From Eledone cirrhosa (Eukaryota): a stretch of 64,000 bases of DNA. Position 1 is the first letter of the stretch, and each line of letters opens with the position of its first letter. Both the position numbers and the translations under genes were made by a program. The stretch covers positions 19,220,001-19,284,000 of the forward strand of contig OZ024753.1 of assembly GCA_964016885.1 (NCBI GenBank). The letters run 5' to 3'. Shown here piece by piece: positions 25,228-37,920 of the stretch. The notes below the pieces were generated by a model. The model was given only the letters and a program-made list of their open reading frames with translations. It was not told where the DNA came from and did not search any database.

Positions 25228-26185
25228 CTTTCTCACGTCGTGTAGACGCGTTCTTGAGACTAGTAAAATGAGGTATCCTCTTGATAAGTCGGCAGACCTC
25301 GCAAGGACTCCATATCTTTGATATATTGTTTTTATTTATGCCACGAAACTACGTAGTCGAGGAATTTAGGAACAGTTTAGGTATGATACATTTTATTACT
25401 AATTATATCTAAATGTTTCTTCTCTCTTCATAATGTATTTTTAACTCTGATACTGGTTCAGTCTGGTTCAAACTGAATTGGTCTGTCCCGGTCATTCATT
25501 GAGCAACATCGGTGAAGTTGGCACCCTTAACTCACAGTTGGGTGCGGATGCATTCATGTATATATGTGTGTGTCCGCATGTATCTGTGTGTTTCTAAATA
25601 TATTAATAACTCCCTCTGGTCGAGCAATCTTTGAAGTGTGGGGACAACTGGAAAGCTTCCATTACTCATACTTCTCGCCTTCTTCACTACCTCTTCTACG
25701 GCCTCGATATGAATACCCCCTCCGCCTCCGTGCTATTTTCTTCGTGGTTATAAGAGGCTTAGCTCTGTTTCTCGACCGTTATATCGCGTGACTATCTCCC
25801 CCTCCGCCTTTTGGGATTCTTTCTCACGTCGTGTAGACGCGTTCTTGAGACTAGTAAAATGAGGTATCCTCTTGATAAGTCGGCAGACCTCGCAAGGACT
25901 CCATATCTTTGATATATTGTTTTTGTTTATGCCACGAAACTACGTAGTCGAGGAATTTAGGAACAGTTTAGGTATGATACATTTTATTACTAATTATATC
26001 TAAATGTTTCTTCTCTCTTCATAATGTATTTTTAACTCTGATACTGGTTCAGTCTGGTTCAAACTGAATTGGTCTGTCCCGGTCATTCATTGAGCAACAT
26101 CGGTGAAGTTGGCACCCTTAACTCACAGTTGGGTGCGGATGCATTCATGTATATATGTGTGTGTCCGCATGTATCTGTGTGTTTC

Positions 26186-26193
<8 letters not shown>
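25228..26193 (+). mobile_element. Partial tandem of a 591-bp non-coding HHR unit (about 1.6 copies) inside (TA)n
   Basis: 25228-25602 is repeated almost identically at 25819-26193; TA-rich tracts on both sides. Confidence 0.88.
25276..25363 (+). ncRNA. Type I hammerhead, U3-A8 variant core, long stem II (second copy 25867-25954)
   Basis: tcctc-TTGATAA-gt c ggc...gcc ac-GAA-ACTACGTAGT-C-gagga. Confidence 0.78.
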
Positions 26194-26247
<54 letters not shown>

Positions 26248-26323
26248 TATAGATATATATGTATATATGTATATATATATATATATGGATATATATATAT
26301 ATGGATATATATATATATATAAC

Positions 26324-26357
<34 letters not shown>

Positions 26358-26396
26358 TGTCTATATATATATATATGTATATATATACACACACAC

Positions 26397-26450
<54 letters not shown>

Positions 26451-26539
26451 TACACACATTATATATATATATATGTGTGTATGTGTGTGTGTTTATATAT
26501 ATTGAACATTTCTTATACTACTACTACCACCACCACTAG

Positions 26540-26575
<36 letters not shown>

Positions 26576-26767
26576 CACTCCTACTTCTATTAATAATAAT
26601 GATATAATGTTTTCTTTATTGGCCACTAGGTCCCACATGTAGGGGACAATACAAAGACACGGACAGAGGGGTTTACAATAAGCTCGAGTAAAAGTGTACA
26701 ATGGCAGGACTAATTTAACAATGAAGATATAAAATAAAATAATAATAATGATAATGAACTCTATCAT

Positions 26768-27100
26768 GGGCACAAGGCCAGCAATTTTGGGGGTAGGGGA
26801 AAGTCGATTAAATCTACCTCAGTGGATTACCCCGTCAGGATGAAAGGCAAAGCTAACCTTGGTGGGGTTTGAACTCAGAATGTGAAGGGGGGTAACTTAA
26901 TGCTGCAAATTATATTGTCCAATGTTCTACCGATACTAGCAATCTACGGCCAATACAAATAATTGTTTCTAATTTTGGCACAAAGCCAGCACATACCCAG
27001 TACATTACTGGTACTATATTTTATCGACCCCGTAAGGGTGAAAGGGAAAGTTAACCTCGGCGGCATTTGAACTCAGACCATAAAGGGGCGTAACTCTATG
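26768..27100 (-). mobile_element. Two adjacent OK-like SINE copies
   Basis: ggcacaaggccagcaattttggggg... and ttgtttctaattttggcacaaagcc... each followed by gatttgaactcag-like B-box complement. Confidence 0.82.
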
Positions 27101-27169
27101 CTTATGAAAACCATTTTTACTGATGTGCTATAGATACTTATTCCACATTATAACAATTTGCTACATAAA

Positions 27170-28300
27170 CATGACACAATATACTTTATATACACTCTTT
27201 AACTTGAATACACCCTTTACTTTATATACACACTATACTTTATATACACAATATATGTTATATACAGCCTTTACTTTATATACACAATATACTTTATATA
27301 CACAATATACTTTATATACACAATGTAGTTTATATCCACATTATACTTTTTATACACACTATAACTTATATACACAATATACTATATATATACACAATAC
27401 ACTTTATATACACTCTATACTTTATATACACACTATACTTTATATTCACAATATACTTCATATATACAATATACTTTATATACACACTATACTTTATATA
27501 CACACTATACTTTATATACACAATATACTTTATATACACCCTATACATTATATACACAATATACATTATATACACAATATCCTTTATATACACACTATAC
27601 TTTTTATACACAATATACTTTATATACACCCTATACTTTATATACACAATATACTTTATATACACCCTATACTTTATATACACAATATACTTTATATATA
27701 CAATATACTTTATATACACAATATACTATATATACACAATACACTTTATATACACATTACACTTTATATTCACAATATACTTTATATATACAATATACTT
27801 TATATACACACTACACTTTATATACACACTATACTTTATATACACAATATACTTTATATACACCCTATACTTTATATACACAATATACTTTATATACACA
27901 ATATACTTTATATACACAATATACTTTATATACATTCTATTCTTCATATATACTTCGTATACACTCTATACTTTATATACTATTTATACATTTTATACAC
28001 TCGATACTTCATATATATACTCTATACTTCATATACACTCTATACTCCATATATAGATTCTATATTTTATATGCGCACTAAACTTTATATATACTCTATA
28101 CTTCATATATACATCATATACTTCATATATACACTCTATACTTTATATACACTCTAGATATTATACACACGATATACTTCATATATACACTCTATACTCT
28201 ATATATACTCTATTCTTTATATTCTATTTATACATAGTATACACTCTATACTCTATACATTATATATACTCTATACTTCATATATACACTCTATACTCCA
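27170..28300 (+). repeat. ~18-bp AT-rich minisatellite (tatactttatatacacaa)
   Basis: Tandem units visible; source of the HNILYI/YTLYTQ pseudo-ORF 27123-28157. Confidence 0.9.
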
Positions 28301-28329
28301 TATGTTGTCTTTGTATTACAGCTATTTTT

Positions 28330-28515
28330 GGTGGATTGGCAGTATCGGGAGGGGGTCGGACGCCATGCTTTGACGCATAGAGTTACGTCCCTTTACGGTC
28401 TGATTTCTACTCACGCCGAGGCTAACTTTTCCTTTCATCCTTACGGGGTCGATAAAATAAAGTACCAGTAATGTACTGGGTATTTGCTGGCCTTGTGCCA
28501 ATAGTAGAAACAATT
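28330..28515 (+). mobile_element. OK-like tRNA-derived SINE
   Basis: ggtggattggcagtatcgg...ggccttgtgccaatagtagaaacaatta. Confidence 0.85.
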
Positions 28516-29020
28516 ATATATAAAGTATATTCATTCTATGTGAATTTAATGCCAAAGTAATGGTTTTTCTCTATACTTATGGGATTGGCAATCTCTTTAA
28601 AATACTTGTAAGCAATACGGAGAAGCTATTTTTCTTCCAGCGTTAATGGAAACCTTAAATTGCATATTTCACATATATTAATACGGATGCGTTTCTTAGA
28701 AACTTTCTTTCACATAACAGCCACCACCTCAGCTGATAGATCTGTAGTAATTGATTCCTTGACAAAATTCAAGCAAGACAATCGTACTTCTCCATCTATA
28801 AACTCTTTGTTTCAATAGACACCACACTTATAGCCGGTCATACATGCTTCTCATGCTTATATTACACAGACTAAAAGAAAACATGTTATTAACAGTTCAG
28901 TTTAGGAAGAATATGTTTTAATTTCACTTGATCTACGCAAACATACATGCACACACATATCTATAGCGTAAGGTCTTCGAAATGCTTTTAATTAAGCATA
29001 CAGTGTATTGCTAAATACAG

Positions 29021-29049
<29 letters not shown>

Positions 29050-29051
<2 letters not shown>

Positions 29052-29330
29052 TGTGTATATAAAGTATATTGTGTATATAATGTATAGCGTGTATATAAAG
29101 TATATTGTGTATATAAAGTATAGTGTGTATATAAAGTATATTGTATGTATAAAGTATATTGTGAATATAAAGTATAGTGTGAATATAAAGTATAGAGTGT
29201 ATATAAAGTGTATTGTTTATATATAGTATATTGTGTATATAAGTTATAGTGTGTATATAAAGTATATTGTGTATATAAAGTATATTGTGTATATAAAGTA
29301 TATTGTGTATATAAAGTATATTGTGCATAT
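29050..29330 (-). repeat. Same 18-bp minisatellite in reverse orientation
   Basis: (ttgtgtatataaagtata)n. Confidence 0.88.
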
Positions 29331-29332
29331 CT

Positions 29333-29642
29333 AATTGTATCTACTTTTGGCACAAGGCCAGCAAATACTTAGTACATTACTGGTACTTTATTTTATCGAC
29401 CCCGAAAGGATGAGAGGCAAAGTTAATCTCGTCGGGATTTGAAATCAGAATGGCAAGGGCCTTAACACTATGTGTCAAAGCATGGCGCCCGACTCTCTAC
29501 TGATACTGCCAATCTACCGAAGCGAGAGGATCAACATTATATATATATATAATTGTTTCTACTTTAGGCACAAGGCCAGCAATTACCCAGTGCATTACTG
29601 GTGCTTTATTTTATCGACCCCGTAAGGATGAAAGGCAAAGTA
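29333..29642 (-). mobile_element. Two OK-like SINE copies (one full, one partial)
   Basis: Matches the SINE consensus seen elsewhere in the window. Confidence 0.82.
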
Positions 29643-30536
29643 AATACATATAATAGTGATCTTCTAGCTGCGATTTTGTCATATTCATGTTACTTATGTA
29701 TCTAAACTATAATAAAGTAAGGAGTGCGGGACTGCGTCCAGGATATATTTTGTTATCTTTATAAAATAAGTTGGATTACTTTGAATAAATAATGAATGAA
29801 TATTAAATAATTTATCAACTAAATTTCGCTAATCTTTATTAAATATATATAATTGTGTTGCTTATTTTAAGATTCACTACTTTAAAATTTTCAAAAGTCA
29901 ACATTTCCGGTTAGCAATCGCTTAAATAAACATTCATATATTTCTGTCACTACTTTTCTCCTAATGCAGTTTATATATAATATCGTCTTTTTTTAATGTA
30001 TCATGGATTACGTTACTGATTACATATGACAGTGTAACGCAGTCTTCGTTCAATGTATGTGTATATTGTCAATTACGATTGTATTTGATGTATCATATCT
30101 ACATGCATATATACTTGCGTATAATATCAATATGCACACTACACATGCCAGCAGAAAACCAGCCGCGGGTGGTATTTCTGCTAGTATATATGAATATATA
30201 TATAAAAATATATATAAATACAAAATATTGTTTGGAAAATTAGCTTGTTTACAAAGAGCGGAGAATTTGAAAATTAGTAGACCATCCGCCGTAGTTTTGA
30301 CTAAGTAAATTATCCTAATAGGTGGAATGATAAAAAAACTCCAGATTGGAAAAAGTATGAGTATTGATGTACAGGGGACACCAAACCATATCTTTGGCTA
30401 ATTTTCAAAACAACGCTAATTTCTTTATCTTATATATATATATATATATATTAATTCAAAATATTAACAAAAAATAGACATTCGTGTGATAAAGTATATG
30501 TTATTATACTAAGTCAGGGTATGTCATGCATCATAT

Positions 30537-30603
30537 TATTTTATCTGATGAGGACGTACTGTTGAAGATATCTCAGTACCTCTGAAATATGTATAATAAA
30601 ATA
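30537..30603 (+). ncRNA. Type I hammerhead (related to 811-875; further copies 35464-35527 + and 40107-40165 -)
   Basis: tattttat-CTGATGA-gg ac gtactg...cagtac ctct-GAA-ATATGTAT-A-ataaaata; 8-bp stem I. Confidence 0.75.
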
Positions 30604-30901
30604 TACTTGATCACAGGAAAGTCTATTTTTGTTAACATTTTGAGTTAATAAAAAAAATTCCGGAAAACCAACATTGTTGAGTGCTTCCAATCTATTGTAA
30701 AACGCATTCTTTGATTTATTTATTGAACCTTGTTTAACCTTTAAATATATATATATATATATATATATATAATAAAATATAGTTATTAACTCATATAGAT
30801 ACCCTGCAGTTGAATGATATATAACATTTGTGGTTTAATCTACCGTCGTACACGGGATTTACTGTGTTTACATCTACACATATTCATATATATATATATA
30901 T

Positions 30902-31845
30902 GTTAGGAAGTGAGGTTTTTACAAAATGAAAAATAACCGAGGTACCCTACACGAGTGAAAGTATAAAGAAAAAAAGATGAAATCGAAAATGCAACTGGAG
31001 TCTTATTTAAAAATATATATATATATTTATTTGGTTCTTTTACTGGTTTCGCAGTTCTTCTGCTTTTCAAAAGTAGATTTGAGATGGAGGGTCTGTCGTT
31101 TTCCTCACATCTGGTTGGTCTTAGAATGTTACTTGTTTTATATGGAAAAAGATAATGGTCAAGAGAAATGGGATGGGGGAATTGTTCTGGTTCAGTGAAT
31201 ATGGCAGGTTGTTTTTTCATATATGAGTGAAGTATATTCACTGAACCAGAACAACTCTCCCATCCCATTTCTCTTGACAATTATCTTTTGTTTGTCATAA
31301 CATTTTCTAAAAGGCTACAAAATAAATTCCCAAATACGGGCGCGAAATTTAATGAACTTGTTCACGTGACAGAAATAATTTCATTTATAACCAATCAAAT
31401 TACATTTATAAAAAAAGGCTTCGTGAGCCCCTTTTTTTAAGTAAAAAGAAATTCAAACAAACTGGAACCAAAGCTGATGTGCTTATTCACGTGACTGCAT
31501 CAACCAACCAAACTTCACTGATATATGAAAAAACAACCCGAGCCGCCCGCCCCTTTGTTTGAAGAACTTTGTAACGCGAACTGGCGCGAAATTTATTATA
31601 CTTATTGACCAACCAATCAAATTGCTTCTCTAAAAACCTGGCGTTTCGAGCCACTTTTTTCCATATAAAACAAATAACATTCTAAGACCAACCAGATGTG
31701 AGTGAAACCACAGACCCTCCATCTCAACCTTACTTTTGAAAAGCAGAAGAACTGCGAAACCAGTAAAAGAACCAAATAAATATATATATATTTTTTTAAA
31801 TAAGACTCCAGTTGCATTTTCGATTTCATCTTTTTTTCTTTATAT
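30902..31845. mobile_element. Non-coding element with nested inverted repeats (30962-31150 / 31655-31845 and 31147-31202 / 31234-31290); third copy 33536-33745
   Basis: Reverse-complement arms read directly; bounded by (TA)n; candidate UUGAAAA-core hammerheads in both outer arms. Confidence 0.8.
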
Positions 31846-31914
31846 ACATATATATATTCATACCCCATGCTTATATAGCTTCAAATTGATTGAAAATTTG
31901 GTGAGTAACGTATC

Positions 31915-32075
31915 TGTGCAATGGTTAACACAGTAGATCTAGTAGTTAAAGATGTAGGTTCGTGTCCCAAGTCAGTCAATGCTCATACTTTTTCGAATCT
32001 GGGTTTTTTTTATAACTCCAACTATTAACCCAATTTACGTAGTCAAAAATACGGCGAAAACTCTATTTCACTAAT
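31915..32075 (+). mobile_element. tRNA-derived SINE-like repeat, second family (also ~30265-30400 -, 36300-36410 -, 38776-38936 -)
   Basis: A-box-like gtgcaatggtta and B-box-like aggttcgtgtcc, followed by the shared body gtcaat.ctcata...gtcaaaaatacgg. Confidence 0.65.
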
Positions 32076-32144
<69 letters not shown>

Positions 32145-32421
32145 ATACTTGGGGAGGGTCATATTGTTGTAATAATATTACCAGAAATAATAACAGAACA
32201 CCCTCACTGTTTGGTTCGTTTTCGATTCTGTATATTCTATATCTCCACAGTTAATTCATTTGATCCTCAATGTTTATCATTAACTGGTCAAAAATACAGA
32301 TATAATATAGATATAAACACATATATATATTCTAACAAAGTTCTTTCGTCGCACATCTGCAGTATCGTCAGTGGTACTATTATGTTCCTACTGTTGTATT
32401 GTATGTCTTCGCCATTTTTTC

Positions 32422-32458
<37 letters not shown>

Positions 32459-33361
32459 GTGTTTGTAAACGAGAGTGCATATATCTATTTGCATTTGAGA
32501 TCAAATTAAATTAGTTTTATGAGCTATATTTACAATATACATAGCATAGTATACGAAGCAAGAATAGTCAATTTAAGAAGATGAAAGTACATATATGTCA
32601 ATCCTGACTTGTTCAGTTTGTATATATTGTCTATTTTCTACACTTGCAAACTTCCTTCCTTTCTCACCTCATCGGTCAGCCATTTGTAATTATTCTAGTC
32701 TGAAGAATGTCGAGCAGATGTCGGTAAGAATCAATTTTAATACAATGACAAGTGTTAGTATGAAAACATTTAGTGGTGGCCTACATAAAATGTAATGATA
32801 TCATAAGTTTGTAACTACAAAGTCCTTCTATAGTAATTGAGCCCATCACTACTTTTAGATTATCAGGACACATCCACACGTGTATATATAGCCTTTTCTA
32901 TTTGAAACTTGATGGAAAAATAACATTAAGAACGATGCTACAATTACATAACGCGTTTATTTATTATATTTATTTGTATGGCTACCCTTATGTAATCCAA
33001 TATGTAGTGTTTACATTTGTTGGTGGTATGGGAGCGATTTCTTCAGATGGGTATTCGTTTATGTGATTTGCTGCAGTCAAAAACATGTTCTTCCTCTTAC
33101 GTATCCGGCGCTAGCATATTAAACATGATATATATTAATATATATATACACACACACACACATATATATATGAAATTATTCTAGTATATATATATATATA
33201 CAAATATAATGTCAGCGAGATCGTATTTTGACTGTGGTAAAAAACAAAGCGAAGCGCAAATATTTTCAAGAGATGTCAACCAGAATGGATTTGTTATTTT
33301 TATCTAAATACAGTTTTCTAATTCCAACCCGCCTGTCCCCTCAAACTTATTTCTCATTCTT

Positions 33362-33397
33362 TCTTCTGATGAAGGACTAGCGTCCGAAACGTTAAAA
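33362..33397 (+). ncRNA. Minimal hammerhead (family also at 43957-43992 and, degenerate, 5013-5045)
   Basis: tctt-CTGATGA-a-ggac tagc gtcc-GAA-ACGT-T-aaaa; stem I is perfect (tctt/aaga) in the 43957 copy. Confidence 0.7.
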
Positions 33398-33482
33398 CCC
33401 TCTTCCTGCTATATCAACCGTTAACCTAATATATCCCTTCCATATACTGTACCGATTGTGTTGCTATTTCAGTTTACCTTTT

Positions 33483-33541
<59 letters not shown>

Positions 33542-33751
33542 GTGAGGTTTTTTTTACAAGATGAAAAATAACCGAGGTGTCCTACACGAGTGAAAGTATA
33601 AAGAAAAAAAGATGAAATCGAAAATGCAACTGGAGTCTTATTTTAAAAAAAATATATATATTTATTTCGTTCCTTTACCGGTTTCGCAGTTCTTCTGCTT
33701 TTCAAAAGTAGAGTTGAGATGGAGGGCTGTGGTTTTTCTCACATATATATA

Positions 33752-34025
33752 TATAACGAAGGAGGTGTAGTAAGGAACCAGATGGACCATAATGCACCAG
33801 AGTACTCAATACTTAGTGTAGTAGTGTGGGTAATAGCAAACAGTTTGACCCCGACGGCTATTTCTGGTCAGATAGTGTGATGTCAAAACCTACAAGACCA
33901 TCACCCATCACAGTATTCGATAATTGGGGTAGTCGTGTGGGCAATATGAAATTATTCATGACCCCTACGGCTGAGTTCCGGATTTTGCCGTCGAAACGGC
34001 CGGAGCTCAACCGACGGGGTCCTGA
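33752..34025 (-). mobile_element. Solo, rearranged pLTR of the PLE family at 60598-63856 (also 53158-53330 and 36414-36455)
   Basis: ataacgaagga...aaggaaccagatggaccataa...ctcaatactta shared with 63580-63717. Confidence 0.8.
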
Positions 34026-34029
34026 ATCT

Positions 34030-34145
<116 letters not shown>

Positions 34146-34555
34146 CATGTAATTACAATGATTACGTGTGTGTACGTACTTTAAATATGACAGAGTTTTC
34201 CATTACCATTTTTCTGGGGAATCTCTTTTAGGAAACATTACCTCGAACCTATTTCGTTTCCAACATTTAATGGAAAACACATATTCTACGTCCACCATAT
34301 ATTAATATCGATGTTACGTACACAAATGTTAAATTATATAGCTATTTGATGGAGGGGTACGTTTTTATATATGGGACTGAGATATGTACGTGGATCTCAT
34401 TTCTTTTCTTTGAAGATTCAAGACATTCCTTGTCGGTAGAATCCATATTTTCCAAACCTTCAATTTCTATTGCATGCACCCACCTTTATTGTTCCGTTTC
34501 ACACCTAAACTCAATACCGGGGCACCTACACTTTATATATATATATAAATATTTA

Positions 34556-34872
34556 AGGCCCCACCATGGTTTTGCTCCTAGAAAGTTTCCCACTGAGGCA
34601 CAAGCCTGGACAAGGTTTGTTTTGTGGAAGACCAGCAGTCGCCCATGCATACCAGTCTCCCCTCTCCACGCCACCGATTTTGTCCAAGGGAAAGGCAATG
34701 GCCGATACAGTTTGGCACCAGTGACGTCGCAACTCATTTCTACAGGTGAGTAAACTGAAGCAACGTACAATAATGTGTCTTGCCGAAGGACACAACGCAT
34801 CACCCTGTCCGAGAATCGAACTCACAACCTCTCAATTGCAAGCCCAGTGCTCTAAGCAATAAGCCATGCGCC

Positions 34873-34877
<5 letters not shown>
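34556..34877 (-). mobile_element. tRNA-derived SINE (Octopus OR-like), ~320 bp
   Basis: Minus strand begins gtgaaggcgcatggcttattgcttaga (A box)...gagttcgattc (B box)...gttgtgtccttcggcaagacac. Confidence 0.8.
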
Positions 34878-34944
<67 letters not shown>

Positions 34945-35033
34945 ATAAATGGAAACTATATTTATAAAAATATCAGGGTAAAATTTCTTTACTAAAGAAA
35001 TTTTAGCATGATATTTTTATAAATATAGTTTCC

Positions 35034-35069
<36 letters not shown>

Positions 35070-35272
35070 TAATTAAAATAACAGATTAAAGTGTAAGCAA
35101 AGAATCGCTGCTTTCACCCTTAACGGGATCTTCTGAAACTAACAAAGTCAATCTGTAAACGCAGAAGTGGATATTTCAAAAAACGTTGCAACCGGAGGAA
35201 GACAGGAAGACGATACTTTGGTTTTTCCTTATCGAGCCCTCTTTGGATTTTAGTCTTCAATTTTATTATTAT

Positions 35273-35317
<45 letters not shown>

Positions 35318-35586
35318 TAAATGGAAACTATATTTATAAAACCATATTTATTTTATTATATATATTTGGTGCGCTTACATCAGATAAAATACAAAATTTG
35401 TTTTAAAAACAAATAGATGGTCCTTGTAATTTATAAATTTGGTTATTTATAAAACAAATTTTGTATTTTATCTGACGAAAGGTCACCAAGATTTCTTGGA
35501 CACCCTTGAAATATATATAATAAAATAAATATGGTTATATAAATAGAGTTTCCATTTATTAATACCTTGGTATATATATATATATA

Positions 35587-36076
35587 TACTTATATTTAAG
35601 TAGCAGCCGTACTAAGTGTGGGAAATGAAATTTCGTTTCATTTTTTCCGTTTATCATTTTCGGTGCACCCGGCCGATTAACCCACTCGATATGCAAATAG
35701 GGCTACTCAGCCGTTAATATGCATAAGGTAAGTATATACGTTTAGCAATCTGGCAGGAGGGTATACGATGCTTACGATAGCTAATAAGCTTGAAACTAGT
35801 ACAGCGTTCCTTTGTCAGTGTTGAACAAACGAGCAACGATCGTTGCTAGACACTACGGCTTAATACGGGATGTTTGTTTACAAACACACCGAGCATTATA
35901 ATAAATGTTCGGTGAATCCATACGTACATATATATATATATATATGTGTGCATGTATGTATATATATATACATACTACTGTACGTCTGTATACATATATG
36001 TATGTACGTGTACATACTTATATTTAAGTAACAGCCGTACTAAGAGTGGGACATGAAATTTCGTTTCATTTTTTCC

Positions 36077-36081
<5 letters not shown>
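35587..36081 (+). mobile_element. ~428-bp HHR repeat unit with terminal redundancy; HHR at 35765-35807 has a mutated core (CTTACGA)
   Basis: tacttatatttaagta.cagccgtactaag occurs at 35587 and 36015; homologous to 5078-5545. Confidence 0.82.
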
Positions 36082-36117
<36 letters not shown>

Positions 36118-36797
36118 TAGAAATTAGAAGCTTTCACCGTATTTTTTGACTGAAGAAAGTTTAGTCTGATAGTTTTATAAATATAGTTTCCATTTATTAC
36201 TATCTTGGAATATTTACTCCAGAAACTGTTGAGTGCTCTATATCAATTATAAACATTTATATTTGTCGAAATTACAACAAATTCAATATAACTTATATGA
36301 AATTGGAAAATAGAAGCTTTCACCGTATTTTTTAACTAAAAAAATTTTAGCCTGATAGTGGGGTTTAGAACTCTCAGAGAAATGGAAAAAGATGAGTATT
36401 GAGGTTTAGGAGAACAGCCGTCGAAACGGCTTGAGCTCTGCCGTCAGGGTCAATACAGGGTGACCACAACATCTTTCCATGATTACATATCTCAGATACT
36501 ATTTCAGATTTTACTCTCTCATTGTTTTAATTCATTTCAAGTTGAAAGTTTTGTGTACATGTTTTCTCTTCACCGTAATTTTCAGTAACAAAATGACATC
36601 TGGGAAACCACAGGCATCATCATCATCATCATCTTCTTCTTCTTCTTCTTCTTCTTCTTCTTCTTCTTTTTCAATTGATCCAGCTGAAGTGCAAGGGAGA
36701 CCAGACGATCTCATAGATGTTATCCAGCCATCTTGCTCGGAGTTTATCCCTGGGTCTCCTACCGATTGGGTTTTGTCCAGTGATAATTTGCTTAGTC

Positions 36798-36986
36798 ATA
36801 ATTGTTTCTACTTTAGGCACAAGACCAGCAATTTCCAGTGCATTACTGGTACTTTATTTTATCGACCCCGTAAGGATGAAATGCAAAGTTAACCTCGGCG
36901 GGATTTGAACTCAGATCGTAAAGGGACGTAACTATGCTGGAAAGCATGGCGTCCGACCCTCTACCGATACTGCCAATCCACCGCCT
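36798..36986 (-). mobile_element. OK-like SINE with apparent target-site duplication
   Basis: tttgcttagtcataat occurs on both sides (36787-36802 and 36988-37003). Confidence 0.88.
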
Positions 36987-37525
36987 TTTTGCTTAGTCAT
37001 AATATCCCCGTGTCAGCGATATCCGAGCTGTGATCTTTCAGCAACGAAAGTAGCGGCTCTACCCGGAGAACTTCTCTGATCACTGAGCTACACCTTCTAT
37101 CAAGTAACGTTACTCAAAACACCCAAAACATTACGTAGACCGCAATCTGGTTTCATATCTACTTAGTTCAGTTTTATTGAAAAAAATATATCCCTACGTC
37201 TGCTAGGAATGTCTTAGATTTTAATCGGTAATTCACAAGAAACAGCGTAACGAAAACATCAATTTCACTTACAATTTTAGTAAACATAATAGAGATAACT
37301 GCGTTGAATTCCAGGTTTACTATCCTCGTAAAACATAAACTAATTAATATTTTTGTGCTCCCATACATTAGCACAACCAACAAACCTCTCAGAAATACAT
37401 GAAACACTGTAGTCACCAGTCATTCTTTACAATATTTGATCTAGTACTCAGATGTAGGTATATCTATGTGCATGTATAAATATATAAGTATGTATATATA
37501 TATATATATGTGTATGTGTGTATGT

Positions 37526-37572
<47 letters not shown>

Positions 37573-37584
37573 TGTGTGGGGGGG

Positions 37585-37623
<39 letters not shown>

Positions 37624-37920
37624 ACTGTACTTGCAATCGATTGTCAAAGTTGGAACGCAGATAGCGATATTTAGACACACCAGGCCAATGAAACATATGT
37701 TAATACTTGCAATAAACCCTACTGTATAGCTGATCCATGTTATTCTTCACTGCTTTATTAATACTCCAGTAACCGCTTACCTAGGAATTGGCAGGAATCG
37801 GCCACCCGGACACCACAACTAATTATACATCTTGTAGAGTCAAGCAACGCCTCTACTTGGTTGCCTCATACGACACCTCGATCAATTAAATATACATATA
37901 TATATATATAATCTCTATAT

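Noticed and set aside
27123-28157. 344-aa H/N/I/L/Y-rich ORF
   Set aside because: Translation of the 18-bp minisatellite; no domain.
31915-31970. tRNA gene
   Set aside because: Only A/B-box-like motifs without a full cloverleaf, continuing into a repeated body; treated as a SINE head.
35098-35140. HHR-like motif on the minus strand (CAGAAGA-tccc gttaa gggt-GAAA), also at ~49645-49685
   Set aside because: Core U4 is A in both copies and stems I/III do not pair convincingly.
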